Part shown: one piece after another, positions 10,358 through 21,943 of the stretch
Layout of the letters: each line of letters begins with the position of its first letter
Position numbering within the stretch: position 1 is the first letter of the stretch
Origin: an uncultured Planctomycetota bacterium
GTDB taxonomy: Bacteria > Planctomycetota > Planctomycetia > Isosphaerales > Isosphaeraceae
Length of the DNA stretch: 64,000 nt
Reading direction: 5' to 3'
Assembly (NCBI GenBank): GCA_963737655.1
Contig: CAVTTN010000002.1
Span: 3,968,001-4,032,000, forward strand
Program-made: the position numbers and the translations under genes
Notes under the pieces: model-generated
Told to the model about the DNA's origin: nothing
Database searches by the model: none
The model's input: the letters and a program-made list of their open reading frames with translations, nothing else

Positions 10358-11712
10358 TCCCCCCGGAGGAGCAGGGCCCGGGACTCGGCGGCGAGGAACA
10401 GGGAGCCGGTCACGCAGACCGTCCCCTCGGGAGGTGTCCGCCTCCGGGCGGCGTCCAGGGCCTCGGCCGGCGAGGGGCGGATTTCGACGGGCAGGCCCGA
10501 TCGTTCGCGGACCATCGAGGCGACCTCCTCGGGCGGGACGGCCCGGGGGTTTTCCAGGTATTTCGTGGCGATCACGGCGTCGAACAGCGGGAGCAAGGCG
10601 TCGAGCTGGCCGGGCAGGTCCTTGTCCCGGGTCGTCCCGAAGACGAGGGTCCGGGGTCCGGCGGGAAAGTTGGCGAGGATCGTCTCGGCCAGAGCCTGGG
10701 CCGAGGCGACGTTGTGGGCGCCGTCGATCACGATCCAGGGGTTCCGCCCGATCACTTCGACCCGCGCCGGCCAGTCCAGGGACGCGAAGCCTCGGGAAAC
10801 GGCCTCGGTCGGCACGTCCCAACCCAGGTCGGCCAGCAGATCGAGCGTCGCCATCGCCACGGCGGCGTTCCTGGCCTGATGAGGGCCGAGCAGGGGGAGC
10901 GTCTTGAGGCCCCAATCCCGCCTCCAGGTCGTCACGAGCACCCGGCCCGGCGTGGGGCGGTCGAGCGGAGGCTCGGGCGGTCGGTATTCGAACCGGAAAT
11001 CGCGGTCGATCTCGCGGAGGGGGGACTTCCTCCGCCCGGCGACCTCGCGGATCGCGTCGCGGGCCGGCCCTTCGGGCACGCCGATCACTCCGGGCCGCCC
11101 CCTCTTGAGGATTCCCGCCTTCTCCCGGGCGATGGCCGGCAACGTCGAGCCGAGCTGCTTGGTGTGGTCGAAGGAGATGGACGTGATGACCGAGGCCGCC
11201 GGCCTCACGCAGTTCGTGGAGTCCAGCCGGCCTCCCATCCCGACCTCCAGCAAGACCGCGCCGACGCCCCTTCGGGCGAAATGGAGGAGGCCCATCGCCG
11301 TGGTGATCTCGAAGAACGTCGGCCCCCGGTGGCGATGACTCGTCGAATCGGAGTCGAAATGGGCGACCGCGGGGCGGACGGCCTCGATCAGGTCGAGGAG
11401 CTCGCCTCGTGAGGCGTCCCGGCCATCGATCCGGAACCGTTCTTCCAGGCGGTGGAGGTGGGGCGAGCAGAAGAGGCCGGTCTCGACGCCGCAAGCCGAG
11501 AGCGCCGAGGCGATCATGGCGGAGGTCGAGCCCTTGCCCTTGGTCCCGGCGACGTGGACGATCTCCAGGCCGTCCTGGGGATCGCCCAGGGCCCGGAGGA
11601 GCCGTCGCATCCGGCCGAGGCGGAGCTCGCTGGGGATGCGGGGCATCCCCGTCCTTTCGTAGTTCAGCCGGCCATAGAGGAATTCGAGGCCGTCCGGGTC
11701 GTGGTCGGTCAT
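10354..11712 (-). CDS. folC: Folylpolyglutamate synthase / dihydrofolate synthase
   Basis: HVAGTKGKGST, SPHL, TFFEITT, EVGMGGRLDSTN, DHTKQLG, DGAHN. Confidence 0.95.
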   Translation of the reverse strand: MTDHDPDGLEFLYGRLNYERTGMPRIPSELRLGRMRRLLRALGDPQDGLEIVHVAGTKGKGSTSAMIASALSACGVETGLFCSPHLHRLEERFRIDGRDASRGELLDLIEAVRPAVAHFDSDSTSHRHRGPTFFEITTAMGLLHFARRGVGAVLLEVGMGGRLDSTNCVRPAASVITSISFDHTKQLGSTLPAIAREKAGILKRGRPGVIGVPEGPARDAIREVAGRRKSPLREIDRDFRFEYRPPEPPLDRPTPGRVLVTTWRRDWGLKTLPLLGPHQARNAAVAMATLDLLADLGWDVPTEAVSRGFASLDWPARVEVIGRNPWIVIDGAHNVASAQALAETILANFPAGPRTLVFGTTRDKDLPGQLDALLPLFDAVIATKYLENPRAVPPEEVASMVRERSGLPVEIRPSPAEALDAARRRTPPEGTVCVTGSLFLAAESRALLLRGE

Positions 11713-12143
11713 GGAGGGGGGGCCGCGGGGCTTCCGGGCGGGTCGGTCGCCGCGAAATCGGTGAGGCGGACGGAGTCCTCCTCGGTCAGGGTCCGATGGA
11801 CGATGGCGAGGATGTCGGCCAGGGGGCGGCCCTTGACGAGATAGCCCGAGGCGCCGGCCTCGAACGCTTCGAGCCGGGAATCGGCGTCGCCCAGGTTGGA
11901 AACCATCACGACCCGCAAGGTGGTCCCGGCCGGATCGTGGCGGAGGGCGTCCAGGACGTCGAAGCCGGTCAACTCGGGCATCCACACATCCAGGAGGAGC
12001 AGGGCGGGCCGGGTTTCGCGGACGAGCTGGAGGGCCTCCCGGCCGTCCCGGGCTTCCAGGACCGAGAGGCCCGAGGCGCGGAGGAGGGTCGCGTAGAGGT
12101 CTCGGAGGTCATCATCATCATCGGCCAGGACGATGGTCGGCAC
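11709..12143 (-). CDS. Single-domain response regulator
   Basis: IVLADDDDDLR, LLLLDVWMPELTGFDV, GASGYLVK. Confidence 0.88.
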   Translation of the reverse strand: MPTIVLADDDDDLRDLYATLLRASGLSVLEARDGREALQLVRETRPALLLLDVWMPELTGFDVLDALRHDPAGTTLRVVMVSNLGDADSRLEAFEAGASGYLVKGRPLADILAIVHRTLTEEDSVRLTDFAATDPPGSPAAPPP

Positions 12144-12425
12144 GCCGGGGCCTCGTCGTCGCTCAATCAATCGGGCTTGCCCGTCGGGGGCCGATCGGCC
12201 AGGATACCCGGAGCGGGCCGGGCCTCGCCACGCCAGATCCGCCAGGCGGGGCGGGAACTTCCGGCCAGAGGAGGTCCGGTTCCGGTCCGGAGGGCCCGCT
12301 CCCCCCATTGGCCCGCCTCGCGGCGGGTTCAAGCCCCGGGCCCGGCCGACCGATAGAAGCGCTGTCCGGAGAGAGGCCAGAGGTCGGGCCTCCTCGCGGA
12401 CCTTCGGGCAGGGAGGCCGACGGCG

Positions 12426-14720
12426 ATGCGGCAGGGGGCGCCCCGGATCGGGGCGGAAATCCTCGTCCTGGGTCTGATCGTCGGCGGGCTGGCCGGGGCC
12501 GTCGGCCTCGTCGCCTCCGCCTCGCGACGGGGTGCCGACCGGCCTCCCGTCCGGGTCGTCGAGGCCCCTGCTCTTCCTTCGAAGGTCGATCCGGCTCCCG
12601 AACCCGACCCGGAACCGGACCCCGAGCCGATTCCGCCGCCGGCGCCGCCGGTCCCCGACGACCCCACGCCCGGGATCGTGGCGGACCTGCTCTCGAAGGC
12701 CGAGGCCGAGGTCTCGGCCGCCGAGGCGGCCCACAAGGAGGCCGAGGCCCGGGAGTCCGCCATCGCCGCCGCCCAGGCCGAGGCCGAGAAATGGCGACGG
12801 CGCGAGGAAATGGTCTCCCAGAAGCTCGCCTCCCTCGATCGCGAGGCCCGTCGCGTCGAGGACGAGGCCGACGCCCTCGCCCGAGAGCGCGACATCCTGG
12901 CCGAGAAGCGCGACGAGGCCAAGGAGAGCCTGAAGCACGCCCAGCTCCGCGCGAAGGACGGCCTGGCCGTCCTTCCGTACAAGGGACCCAACGGCACCTG
13001 GCGGAGGCCGATCGCCATCGAGTGCCACGACGGCCTGGCCACCCTCCAGCCCGGCGGGCCGAGCTACTCCGTCGCCCAGATCGCCCTGTTCGCCCGGCCG
13101 AGGAGCCATCCCCTGGTCCAGGCCGTCGCCAAGATGATGATCCGGGGCGAGGGGATGGCCACTCCCGACGGCGCCCCGAGCGTCCCCTACATCCTCTTCG
13201 TGATCCGGCCCGACGGTATCGCGCCCTATTACGCGGCTCGGGCCTTGCTCGACCCCCTCGGACTCGTCCAGGGCTATGAACTGGTCGATGCCGACTGGGA
13301 CATCGAGTACCCGGACCTCGGCGACCCGAAGGAATGGAAGGGGCTGAAGGACTCGGGGGCGATGCCCTCGCCGTCCTGGCCTCCTCCCGACGCCGGGAAT
13401 GACCTGGCCCAGGGGGCCGGGGGCGACCGACTCGGCGACTTGCGGGCAACCGGACCGGGCGGCCTGGGCGGACTCGGCGGCCCAACGGGTGGTCCCGGCG
13501 GTCGTGAAGGCGGCGGGGGTCGGGGAAACTCGACGGCCTCCGACGAGAAGTCCGGCGGCTGGGGAAGCCTGAACGGCCGGGCCTTTCCCTCTCCCGGAGA
13601 CGGCCATTCCTCCGACATCGACCTGAACGAGCTCGCCCGAGGCCGAGGCGCGGGCCTCGACCGCGTGATCCCCGACGACGGCCGGGTCCCGGTCATCCCG
13701 GGAGGCGTCCTCGGGATGGATGAGAACGAGGCCGATCCGACCCTCGAGCAGGAACTCAGCCGGGCCCGAGAGGGCCTGGGTCTGCCGCCCTCCCAGTCTC
13801 GCCCCTCGGGTTCGTCCCCGTTCCCCGGTGCCCCGGGCGCCCGGCCCGAGCCGCCGAGGAGGCTGGCGGTGCCGTCTCGGATGGTCCCCGCCCCGTTCGG
13901 AGGCGCCTCGCCTCCGGCCGCCGATCGGCCCATTCCTCCGATCGCGGCGGCCGGTTCCGGGGCCGGCTCCCGGCCGGGAACGTCCGCCGGCTCGGGCCGA
14001 TCGGCCCAGGGAGACGGCGCCCCGCCGACGGACCCGGATGGAACCCCGCTGAACGCCACGACCGGCCACAGCCAGGGTCCGACGGTCGTTCGAGGGCCGG
14101 CGATTTCCGCCCCTCCACGGACCGCTCCCTCGACCGGAACGACGACGACGGCCGGCGGGGCTCCCCCGGCCACGAACCCGGCGGGGGCCGTGGGCGGAAC
14201 GGCCGGGTCGGGCGCCTCCTCAACGGGTTCGACCGCCTCGACGTCGTCCTCGTCCAGCTCGGGAAAGACGGGGACGGGCACCTCGGTTTCGGGGACGAGT
14301 TCGGGCGTCCCGATCGGTCCTCCGGGAGGCGGCGGCGGCCAGTCGGGCGGACAGGGCGGGACCGGGCCTTCGGGCCCTCCGGACAGTAAGTTCCAGTCGA
14401 AGTCGTTCGAAATCTTCCTCTCGTGTGGCCCGAACGGGGTAACCGTCCATCCCGGCAATCACGTCCTGACCCGCGCCGATCTGGAGGGGAATGACCTCGC
14501 CCTGCCCGGACGAATTCACGGGTTGATCCAGGACCGGTGGAAGGCCGAGCCCGAGGTCGGTTGGCGGTCGAAGCTCCATTTCCTGATCAAGCCGGGCGGC
14601 GAGGGGACGTACCTCCGGGCGAGGACCCAGATCCTCTCGGCCAACATGGGCCTGCCGATGACGTTCCAGCTCGCCGGGACGTCGCCGATCAAGGGCGTTC
14701 TGGAGGAGACTCGCCGATGA
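12426..14720 (+). CDS. Membrane-anchored coiled-coil, Gly/Ser/Pro-rich hypothetical protein with two related ExbD-like domains
   Basis: N-terminal TM, coiled coil, motifs LFVIRPDGIAPY and HFLIKPGGEGTY. Confidence 0.7.
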   Translation: MRQGAPRIGAEILVLGLIVGGLAGAVGLVASASRRGADRPPVRVVEAPALPSKVDPAPEPDPEPDPEPIPPPAPPVPDDPTPGIVADLLSKAEAEVSAAEAAHKEAEARESAIAAAQAEAEKWRRREEMVSQKLASLDREARRVEDEADALARERDILAEKRDEAKESLKHAQLRAKDGLAVLPYKGPNGTWRRPIAIECHDGLATLQPGGPSYSVAQIALFARPRSHPLVQAVAKMMIRGEGMATPDGAPSVPYILFVIRPDGIAPYYAARALLDPLGLVQGYELVDADWDIEYPDLGDPKEWKGLKDSGAMPSPSWPPPDAGNDLAQGAGGDRLGDLRATGPGGLGGLGGPTGGPGGREGGGGRGNSTASDEKSGGWGSLNGRAFPSPGDGHSSDIDLNELARGRGAGLDRVIPDDGRVPVIPGGVLGMDENEADPTLEQELSRAREGLGLPPSQSRPSGSSPFPGAPGARPEPPRRLAVPSRMVPAPFGGASPPAADRPIPPIAAAGSGAGSRPGTSAGSGRSAQGDGAPPTDPDGTPLNATTGHSQGPTVVRGPAISAPPRTAPSTGTTTTAGGAPPATNPAGAVGGTAGSGASSTGSTASTSSSSSSGKTGTGTSVSGTSSGVPIGPPGGGGGQSGGQGGTGPSGPPDSKFQSKSFEIFLSCGPNGVTVHPGNHVLTRADLEGNDLALPGRIHGLIQDRWKAEPEVGWRSKLHFLIKPGGEGTYLRARTQILSANMGLPMTFQLAGTSPIKGVLEETRR

Positions 14721-15760
14721 GCCGGGACTCCTATCCCAAGATCGCGGCGGAGGCTCGTCGTGCTGATCGCGGCGATGGCGGGCGTCGCCTGGATCGGCCT
14801 GAAACCGACGTCCGAGCCGCCGAAAACCGAGGCGGGTCCGCCGCCCGAGCCCGTCGCGGTCGTGCCACCACCGCCCAGGAAGTCGCCGAAGCCCCCGGCA
14901 CCGCGACCGATCGCCCCGGTCCAGGCCCTGCCGGCCCCGAAGCCCGATCCCGAGGCGGTCGCCCGGGCCCGGTCGTCGCTGGATCGGGCCCGATCGGCCC
15001 GCACCCAGGCGGAGGCCCGGGCCTCGGAGGCCGCCGAGCGGCTCAAGGCCGCTCAGATGTTCGCCGCGTCGTCTTGGATGAATCACAAGAAGTTCGCCGT
15101 GAAGCTCCGCGACCCGGGTCCCCGGCTCGTCTCGGCGAAGTCTCGGGGCGAGCTACTCAAGGTCGAGCGAGACCGGCTCCGGGCCGAACTCGGGGCCCTC
15201 GACGCCTCGCCGAGGCCGCGACGGAAGGCCCTGATCGACAAGACCCGGTCGCCCGCAAGGCCGAGGGCGAGGAGTTCCATTTCGAGGTCCACGCCGACCG
15301 GGTCGCGTTCGTGGACCTGGATCGGCTGATGGACAAGGTCAAGACCGATGCGAGGGTCCAGCTTCGGCTGGCGGCCACGAGTTCCCGGCCGATCGGCGGA
15401 GAGGTGGGGCCGGTCGGGGCGTTCACGATCCGCTACAAGGTCGGCCGGATGGACGATGGGACCGGCGGACGGGTCGTGTCGTATGGCCTGCTCGGCTGGG
15501 AGATCGTCCCGAACCGACCGAATCGCGGCGAGACGTTCGAGTCGGCGATGGGCCCGGCGTCGGACTTCGCCCGGGCCCTGGTCCGGCTCGACCCGGCCCG
15601 GGACGTGGTGACGATGTGGATCTATCCCGACGGCTTCCCGCTCTATCGAAGGCTCCGAGATACCCTCCACGAGCGGGGGTTCCGGGTCGCCGCCCGACCC
15701 TTGCCCGAAGGGATGACGATCCGAGGCAGCCCGGATGGCTCGGCCTCGGCCGCCCAGTAA
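14717..15760 (+). CDS. Membrane-anchored coiled-coil hypothetical protein; frameshifts near 14725 and 15243
   Basis: ATGA overlap; TM and coiled coil in ORF 14760..15329; C-terminal TMWIYPDGFPLYRRLRD in ORF 14537..15760. Confidence 0.65.
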   Translation: MSRDSYPKIAAEARRADRGDGGRRLDRPETDVRAAENRGGSAARARRGRATTAQEVAEAPGTATDRPGPGPAGPEARSRGGRPGPVVAGSGPIGPHPGGGPGLGGRRAAQGRSDVRRVVLDESQEVRREAPRPGSPARLGEVSGRATQGRARPAPGRTRGPRRLAEAATEGPDRQDPVARKAEGEEFHFEVHADRVAFVDLDRLMDKVKTDARVQLRLAATSSRPIGGEVGPVGAFTIRYKVGRMDDGTGGRVVSYGLLGWEIVPNRPNRGETFESAMGPASDFARALVRLDPARDVVTMWIYPDGFPLYRRLRDTLHERGFRVAARPLPEGMTIRGSPDGSASAAQ

Positions 15761-15793
15761 GCCCGAACGAACCGATCGGGGCGCCGGCGTCGG

Positions 15794-16468
15794 TCAGGGC
15801 CGGGAGGCGTACTCTCCGCCGGATTCTCGGGCGATCCTTCTGAGATCGTCGCTGCCTCCGGCGAGGTCGATGCAGTGGATCGGCACTTTCTTGCCGTTCT
15901 TCCTGGCGATCGCTTCGGCCGTGCCCTTCGGGAATTCGCCGTCGGAGAGCAGGAAGATGGCGTCGGGGGCCTGGCTGATCGCCTGGGCCAGCGCGGATCG
16001 GGGATCGGTCCCGCCGTCCGGCTCAATCTGGCCCAGCCAGTTCAGGAGGAGCGTCTTGGAGTCGAGGTCGGCCGAGAGGGGCGAGCCGCCCGGCATCGGG
16101 ACGGGCCGATCGTTGTAGAAGATGACCTGGAACCGCTGGGGCCACCGCAGCTCGTTCACGCTCCGGCGGATCTCCCGCTTCGCCCGGGGCAAGCGGTCGC
16201 CGTCGCCCATGCTCCCGGAGCAATCGACCACGTACAAAAAGGTCTTGCCCTGGGCGCGGATGCCGAAGAACTGGGTCTGCTTCCAGGCCGGGATGCGGGC
16301 CCAATCGACCTTCGGGGCATACGGGTCGGAATTGGTCCCGGGAGGGCGGAGGAATTCGGAACCGGCGTTGGGCGGGGCCTGGGGCTTGACCGTGATCTCC
16401 TGGCCGAACGCCGCCCGGCCCGCCAGGACGAGCGTGGTCAGGACGATTCCGATTCCGGGCCTCGCCAT
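15794..16468 (-). CDS. Exported von Willebrand factor A domain protein
   Basis: Signal peptide; MIDAS YVVDCSGSM...GGTDP...FLLSDG. Confidence 0.85.
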   Translation of the reverse strand: MARPGIGIVLTTLVLAGRAAFGQEITVKPQAPPNAGSEFLRPPGTNSDPYAPKVDWARIPAWKQTQFFGIRAQGKTFLYVVDCSGSMGDGDRLPRAKREIRRSVNELRWPQRFQVIFYNDRPVPMPGGSPLSADLDSKTLLLNWLGQIEPDGGTDPRSALAQAISQAPDAIFLLSDGEFPKGTAEAIARKNGKKVPIHCIDLAGGSDDLRRIARESGGEYASRP

Positions 16469-16495
16469 GATCGCTGTCCCCCGTTCTGGCACGCC

Positions 16496-16642
16496 CTAAC
16501 CGAAGATCCGCTCCAGGAGCGAATTGATCAGCATGCAGATCCCGAAAACGATCATCCCGCCGAAGAGGCTCAGGACGAACAGGCCGACCACCTCCGACGG
16601 CTTGTAGCTCTGACGATCGCCGAACCGAGATATTCGCCGCAT
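16496..16642 (-). CDS. Possible small single-TM protein (48 aa)
   Basis: MRRISRFGDRQSYKPSEVVGLFVLSLFGGMIVFGICMLINSLLERIFG fills the gap upstream of the vWA gene. Confidence 0.45.
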   Translation of the reverse strand: MRRISRFGDRQSYKPSEVVGLFVLSLFGGMIVFGICMLINSLLERIFG

Positions 16643-16933
16643 CCCACGAATCGACGCCCCGAAGAGGAGCGTCCCCCTGTGCCGGTTCGAGAGGGACCCG
16701 CGATCGTCCCAGAGTATCGCGGCGAGAAGCCCTTGAACAGCATCTCCGGGGCCCAATCTTAGACGCGGAGCGACCCGGAGCGCCTGGATGGGCCGGGAGC
16801 CGAGTGCGGCGTCGGCCCGGTTTCCGCCTTGGACATTTGACCACGCCATTGACCGAAGGTCGGGCGCCGTCCAATGATAGTTCCTCGCGCCTCGGCGCCT
16901 CGCCGATTCGCTCGCTTTTCGGAGACCGCCTGG

Positions 16934-17797
16934 ATGGGGGGCCTGACGCTCGCGGACGTGGGATCGATCCTTCTGGCCGTCGGATGGCTCGTCCTCCTGG
17001 AAGGACTGCTCAGCGGAGACAACGCGCTGGTCCTGGCCGTGATGGTCCGCCACCTGCCGAAGAAGAAGCAGAAGCGGGCCTTGCTCTACGGGATCTGGGG
17101 GGCGATCGTCTTCCGGGGGATCGCCGTCGTCTGCGCGAGCTATCTCCTCCAGTTCTGGCAACTGAAGGTGGTCGGCGGCCTCTACCTGCTCTTCCTGGCC
17201 ATCAAGCACTTCGTGGCGGGCGACGGCGGCGAGGCGGCCCATGGCGAGGCCGGCGGCCCCGAGGCCGATCCGGAAGCGGTCGCGGTCTCGACGTTCGACC
17301 GCGTCTTCTGGGTGACGGTCCTGAACGTGGAGCTCGCCGACATCGCCTTCTCGATCGACTCGATCCTCGCCGCCGTGGCGATCACCGAGGGGCTCCCGTC
17401 GAAGCTCCAGGAGAACCACGTCCTCGCCCTGGGGATCATCTACGTCGGCGGCATCCTCGGGATCGTCATGATGCGGTTCGTGGCGAACCTCTTCCTCCTC
17501 CTGCTCGACCGCTTCAAGGGCCTGGCCGCCGGCGCGTACCTGCTGGTGGCCTGGATCGGCCTGAAGCTCACCGGCAGCGGGATCGACAACGCGCTGAACC
17601 CTCGGGCCATCAAGGGCGTGCCGCCGCCGGCCCGGGCTTGGCTCCAGAACGTCCCGGCCGCCGTCCGCAAGTTCCCCTGGGAGATGCCCGACCTGGTCTT
17701 CTGGGCCGGGATGATCGTGATCGTCGTCGCGAGCATGCTCTACCGGCCGAAAGCCCCGGCGACCACCACGCCGACGTCGCCCCCTCCTCGGGATTGA
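16934..17797 (+). CDS. TerC family integral membrane protein (YkoY-like)
   Basis: LEGLLSGDNALVLAVMVRHLP, ELADIAFSIDSILAAV. Confidence 0.9.
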   Translation: MGGLTLADVGSILLAVGWLVLLEGLLSGDNALVLAVMVRHLPKKKQKRALLYGIWGAIVFRGIAVVCASYLLQFWQLKVVGGLYLLFLAIKHFVAGDGGEAAHGEAGGPEADPEAVAVSTFDRVFWVTVLNVELADIAFSIDSILAAVAITEGLPSKLQENHVLALGIIYVGGILGIVMMRFVANLFLLLLDRFKGLAAGAYLLVAWIGLKLTGSGIDNALNPRAIKGVPPPARAWLQNVPAAVRKFPWEMPDLVFWAGMIVIVVASMLYRPKAPATTTPTSPPPRD

Positions 17798-17804
17798 GGG
17801 CCGA

Positions 17805-19676
17805 TCAGATCCTGCCGAACTGCTTCTCCAGTTCGCTCTTGGTGAAGACCAGGGCCGTGGGCCGCCCGTGGGGGCAATGGTGGGTGTTCGCCGCGAGGTG
17901 ACGGCGGGCGAGGAGCGCGTCGATCTCCTCGGGCGAGAGCTTCTGATTCGCCTTCACGGCCGCCTTGCACGCCACCATGTTCAGGACGTCTTCCAGGACC
18001 GCGTCGGCCGAGGGGGCCAGCGGGCTGGACCGGAAATGCTCGGCCAGGTCGCGCAAAAGGCGATCGGCCGGCACATGGGCGAGCATCGCCGGGACGCTCG
18101 CCACGAGCACCGTGTCCCCGCCGAACGGCTCGATCCCCAGGCCCAGACGGGAGAGCACCTCGCGACGCTGGAGGACCTCCGACGCCTCGGCCGCCGACAG
18201 GTCGACCGGCTCGGGGACGAGCAATCGCTGGGACTCGACCCCTCCGGAGAGCACGCGCCCCTTCAGTTCTTCATACAAGATCCGCTCGTGGAGCGCGTGC
18301 TGGTCGATCACGACCATCCCCTCGTCCGTCTCGGCGATCAGATACGTGTCATGGACCTGGATCGCCTTCGGCGGCAGGTCCCGGACGGCTCGGAGGGCGG
18401 TCGGGGTCGGTTCGGATTCCGCAGGAGCGGCCGAGGTCGCCGGGGCGTCGAAGGAATCTCGAACGATCGTCGGCGACGGGTCGGCAAACTCGTCGAAATC
18501 GCGGGACAGGGGCAAGGCCGGAGGAGTCGCCGACGGATAGGGCTTGAACGGCGGGACCGGACCGGCCGTCGTCGGCGAGAACCACGTCGCGACGTTCTGC
18601 CGATCCGGGTTCGCAGGCGGGATCAGATCGAAACTCGGCGACGGCGGCGACGGCTCGACCGGAGGCGTCTGAAGGCGCGAATGGAGGTCGCTGGCGAGGA
18701 ACGTCTGGCGGACCGTCGCGAGCAGCTGGCTGTAAATCCGGTGGCCGTCGCGAAATCGAACCTCCACCTTGGTCGGGTGGACGTTCACGTCCACTTCCTC
18801 GGGCGGGATGTCGAGATAGACGAATGCCAGGGGCATCCGGCCGACCATCAGCAGCCCGCGATACGCCTCGCTCAGCGCGTGGCTCAGCGAGCGGTCGCGG
18901 ACGTAGCGGCTCCCCACGAACAGGAATTGCCCCTTCGCGCTCGATCGGCTCTGCGAGGGATGGGCCACGTAGCCCCAGAGGTGGATCGATTCGGTCCGAT
19001 TCTCGACCCAGATCAGCGAATTGGCCAGTTCTTGCCCGAAAAAGATGCCGACCCGTTCCTTCAAGCCGGTCACGGCCGGGAGGTCGTAGAGCACCTTCCC
19101 GCCCGAGCGGAACGTGAGGTGGACCGTGGGGTTCGCCAGGGCGATCCGGGTGAAGACCTCGGTGACGTGGCCCGCCTCGGTCTGGTCGGACTTGAGGAAC
19201 GTCCGGCGGACCGGCGTGTTGAAGAAGAGGTTTCGGACCTCGATGACGGTGCCGGGCGCGCCGCCGCAATCCCGGATCGGCTCCGCCTTCCCCGCGTCGA
19301 TCCGGATCTCCGAGCCGATGGCGGCGTCGGCGGTGCGGGTCTGGCAGCGGACCCGGGAGACCTCGGCGATCGCCGCGAGCGCCTCGCCTCGAAACCCGAG
19401 CGTGGTGATCCGAAACAGGTCTTCGGCCTCGGCGAGCTTGCTCGTGGCATGGGGCCGGAACGCGATCGGCAGGTCCTCGGCGGACATCCCCCGGCCGTCG
19501 TCGGCCACGCGGACGAGGTCCTTCCCGCCCCTCTCGACCGAGACCTCCACGCGAGCCGCCCCGGCGTCGATGGCGTTCTCCATCAACTCCTTCACCACGC
19601 TCGCCGGGCGCTCCACGACCTCGCCCGCCGCGATCTGGTTGATCACCGACGCCGGAAGTTCCCGGATGATCCCCAT
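17805..19676 (-). CDS. mutL: DNA mismatch repair endonuclease MutL
   Basis: IAAGEVVERPASVVKEL, GFRGEAL, DVNVHPTK, DQHALHERILYE, CPHGRP. Confidence 0.97.
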   Translation of the reverse strand: MGIIRELPASVINQIAAGEVVERPASVVKELMENAIDAGAARVEVSVERGGKDLVRVADDGRGMSAEDLPIAFRPHATSKLAEAEDLFRITTLGFRGEALAAIAEVSRVRCQTRTADAAIGSEIRIDAGKAEPIRDCGGAPGTVIEVRNLFFNTPVRRTFLKSDQTEAGHVTEVFTRIALANPTVHLTFRSGGKVLYDLPAVTGLKERVGIFFGQELANSLIWVENRTESIHLWGYVAHPSQSRSSAKGQFLFVGSRYVRDRSLSHALSEAYRGLLMVGRMPLAFVYLDIPPEEVDVNVHPTKVEVRFRDGHRIYSQLLATVRQTFLASDLHSRLQTPPVEPSPPSPSFDLIPPANPDRQNVATWFSPTTAGPVPPFKPYPSATPPALPLSRDFDEFADPSPTIVRDSFDAPATSAAPAESEPTPTALRAVRDLPPKAIQVHDTYLIAETDEGMVVIDQHALHERILYEELKGRVLSGGVESQRLLVPEPVDLSAAEASEVLQRREVLSRLGLGIEPFGGDTVLVASVPAMLAHVPADRLLRDLAEHFRSSPLAPSADAVLEDVLNMVACKAAVKANQKLSPEEIDALLARRHLAANTHHCPHGRPTALVFTKSELEKQFGRI

Positions 19677-19736
19677 GCGCCCCCCTCCGGCTGGTCCATC
19701 CTCATTCTACCACGGGAGCGTTTGTACACAAGCTCG

Positions 19737-21107
<1,371 letters not shown>

Positions 21108-21150
21108 GCTTCGGTCGCGTCTCGGGGTCGTGGGAGGGCGAGCTCGGGAA

Positions 21151-21939
21151 TTATCCGCGGCCCGAGTTGGGTTCGGCGAGGGGCAATCGCACCGTGAACT
21201 TCGTCCCCTTGCCCTCGTCGGTCTCCAGGGCGATGGACCCTCCGTGGGCCTCGACGATCCGCCGGACCGTGGGCAGGCCCAGGCCGCTCCCTCCGGGCTT
21301 GGTGGAATAGAACGGCTCGAAGACGCGGGCCTGGACGTCGGGCGGCATGCCCTTGCCGGTGTCGGTGACCTCCAGGACGGCGAAGTCCCCGTCGCGACGG
21401 GTCGTCAGGAGCAATTCGCCGCCGTCGGGCATGGCGTCGATGGCGTTGCGGAAGAGGTTGTAGAGGGCCTGCTTGAACAGGTCCACCTCGAGCTGGACCT
21501 GCGGGAGGTCGTCGTCGAAGCTCGCCCGGATCACCACGTTCTTCTCGGCCGCGAGCCCTTCGTGGAAGTCGCGGAGGACGTCCACGACGTCGTTCAGGTC
21601 GGCCGGCTCGGTGCGGAGCTCCTGGACCCTCACGAACCGGAGGAAGTCCTCGAGGATGCCTTCGAGACGGTGGCTCTCCTTGCGGACCCTCTCGATCTTC
21701 TGGACGATCCGGCGGTCTCTCGGCGTGTCGGCACCCTGGAAGTCCTCGGCGAGGAGGTCGAGGTTCATCCTCATGGTGGACAGGGGGTTGCGGATCTCGT
21801 GGGCGAGTCCGCCGGCGAGCTGCGCGATCTCGGAATCGCGGGCCCGGAGCGTCTGGTCGGCCCCGGGCCCCTCCTCGATCTCGACGGTCATGGCGGGCGA
21901 TTCGGGCATGGCGCGGCCCCCCGCGATCGGTCGGGTCAT
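21151..21939 (-). CDS. Cytoplasmic histidine kinase without an evident sensor domain
   Basis: AHEIRNPL, NLFRNAIDAM, DTGKGM, GSGLGL. Confidence 0.9.
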   Translation of the reverse strand: MTRPIAGGRAMPESPAMTVEIEEGPGADQTLRARDSEIAQLAGGLAHEIRNPLSTMRMNLDLLAEDFQGADTPRDRRIVQKIERVRKESHRLEGILEDFLRFVRVQELRTEPADLNDVVDVLRDFHEGLAAEKNVVIRASFDDDLPQVQLEVDLFKQALYNLFRNAIDAMPDGGELLLTTRRDGDFAVLEVTDTGKGMPPDVQARVFEPFYSTKPGGSGLGLPTVRRIVEAHGGSIALETDEGKGTKFTVRLPLAEPNSGRG

Positions 21940-21943
21940 CCGA

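Noticed and set aside
14040..14400. Gly/Ser/Thr-rich low-complexity stretch as a DNA repeat
   Set aside because: It is an in-frame protein linker without a nucleotide period.
16700..16933. yybP-ykoY riboswitch upstream of the TerC gene
   Set aside because: Consensus elements were not recognisable.
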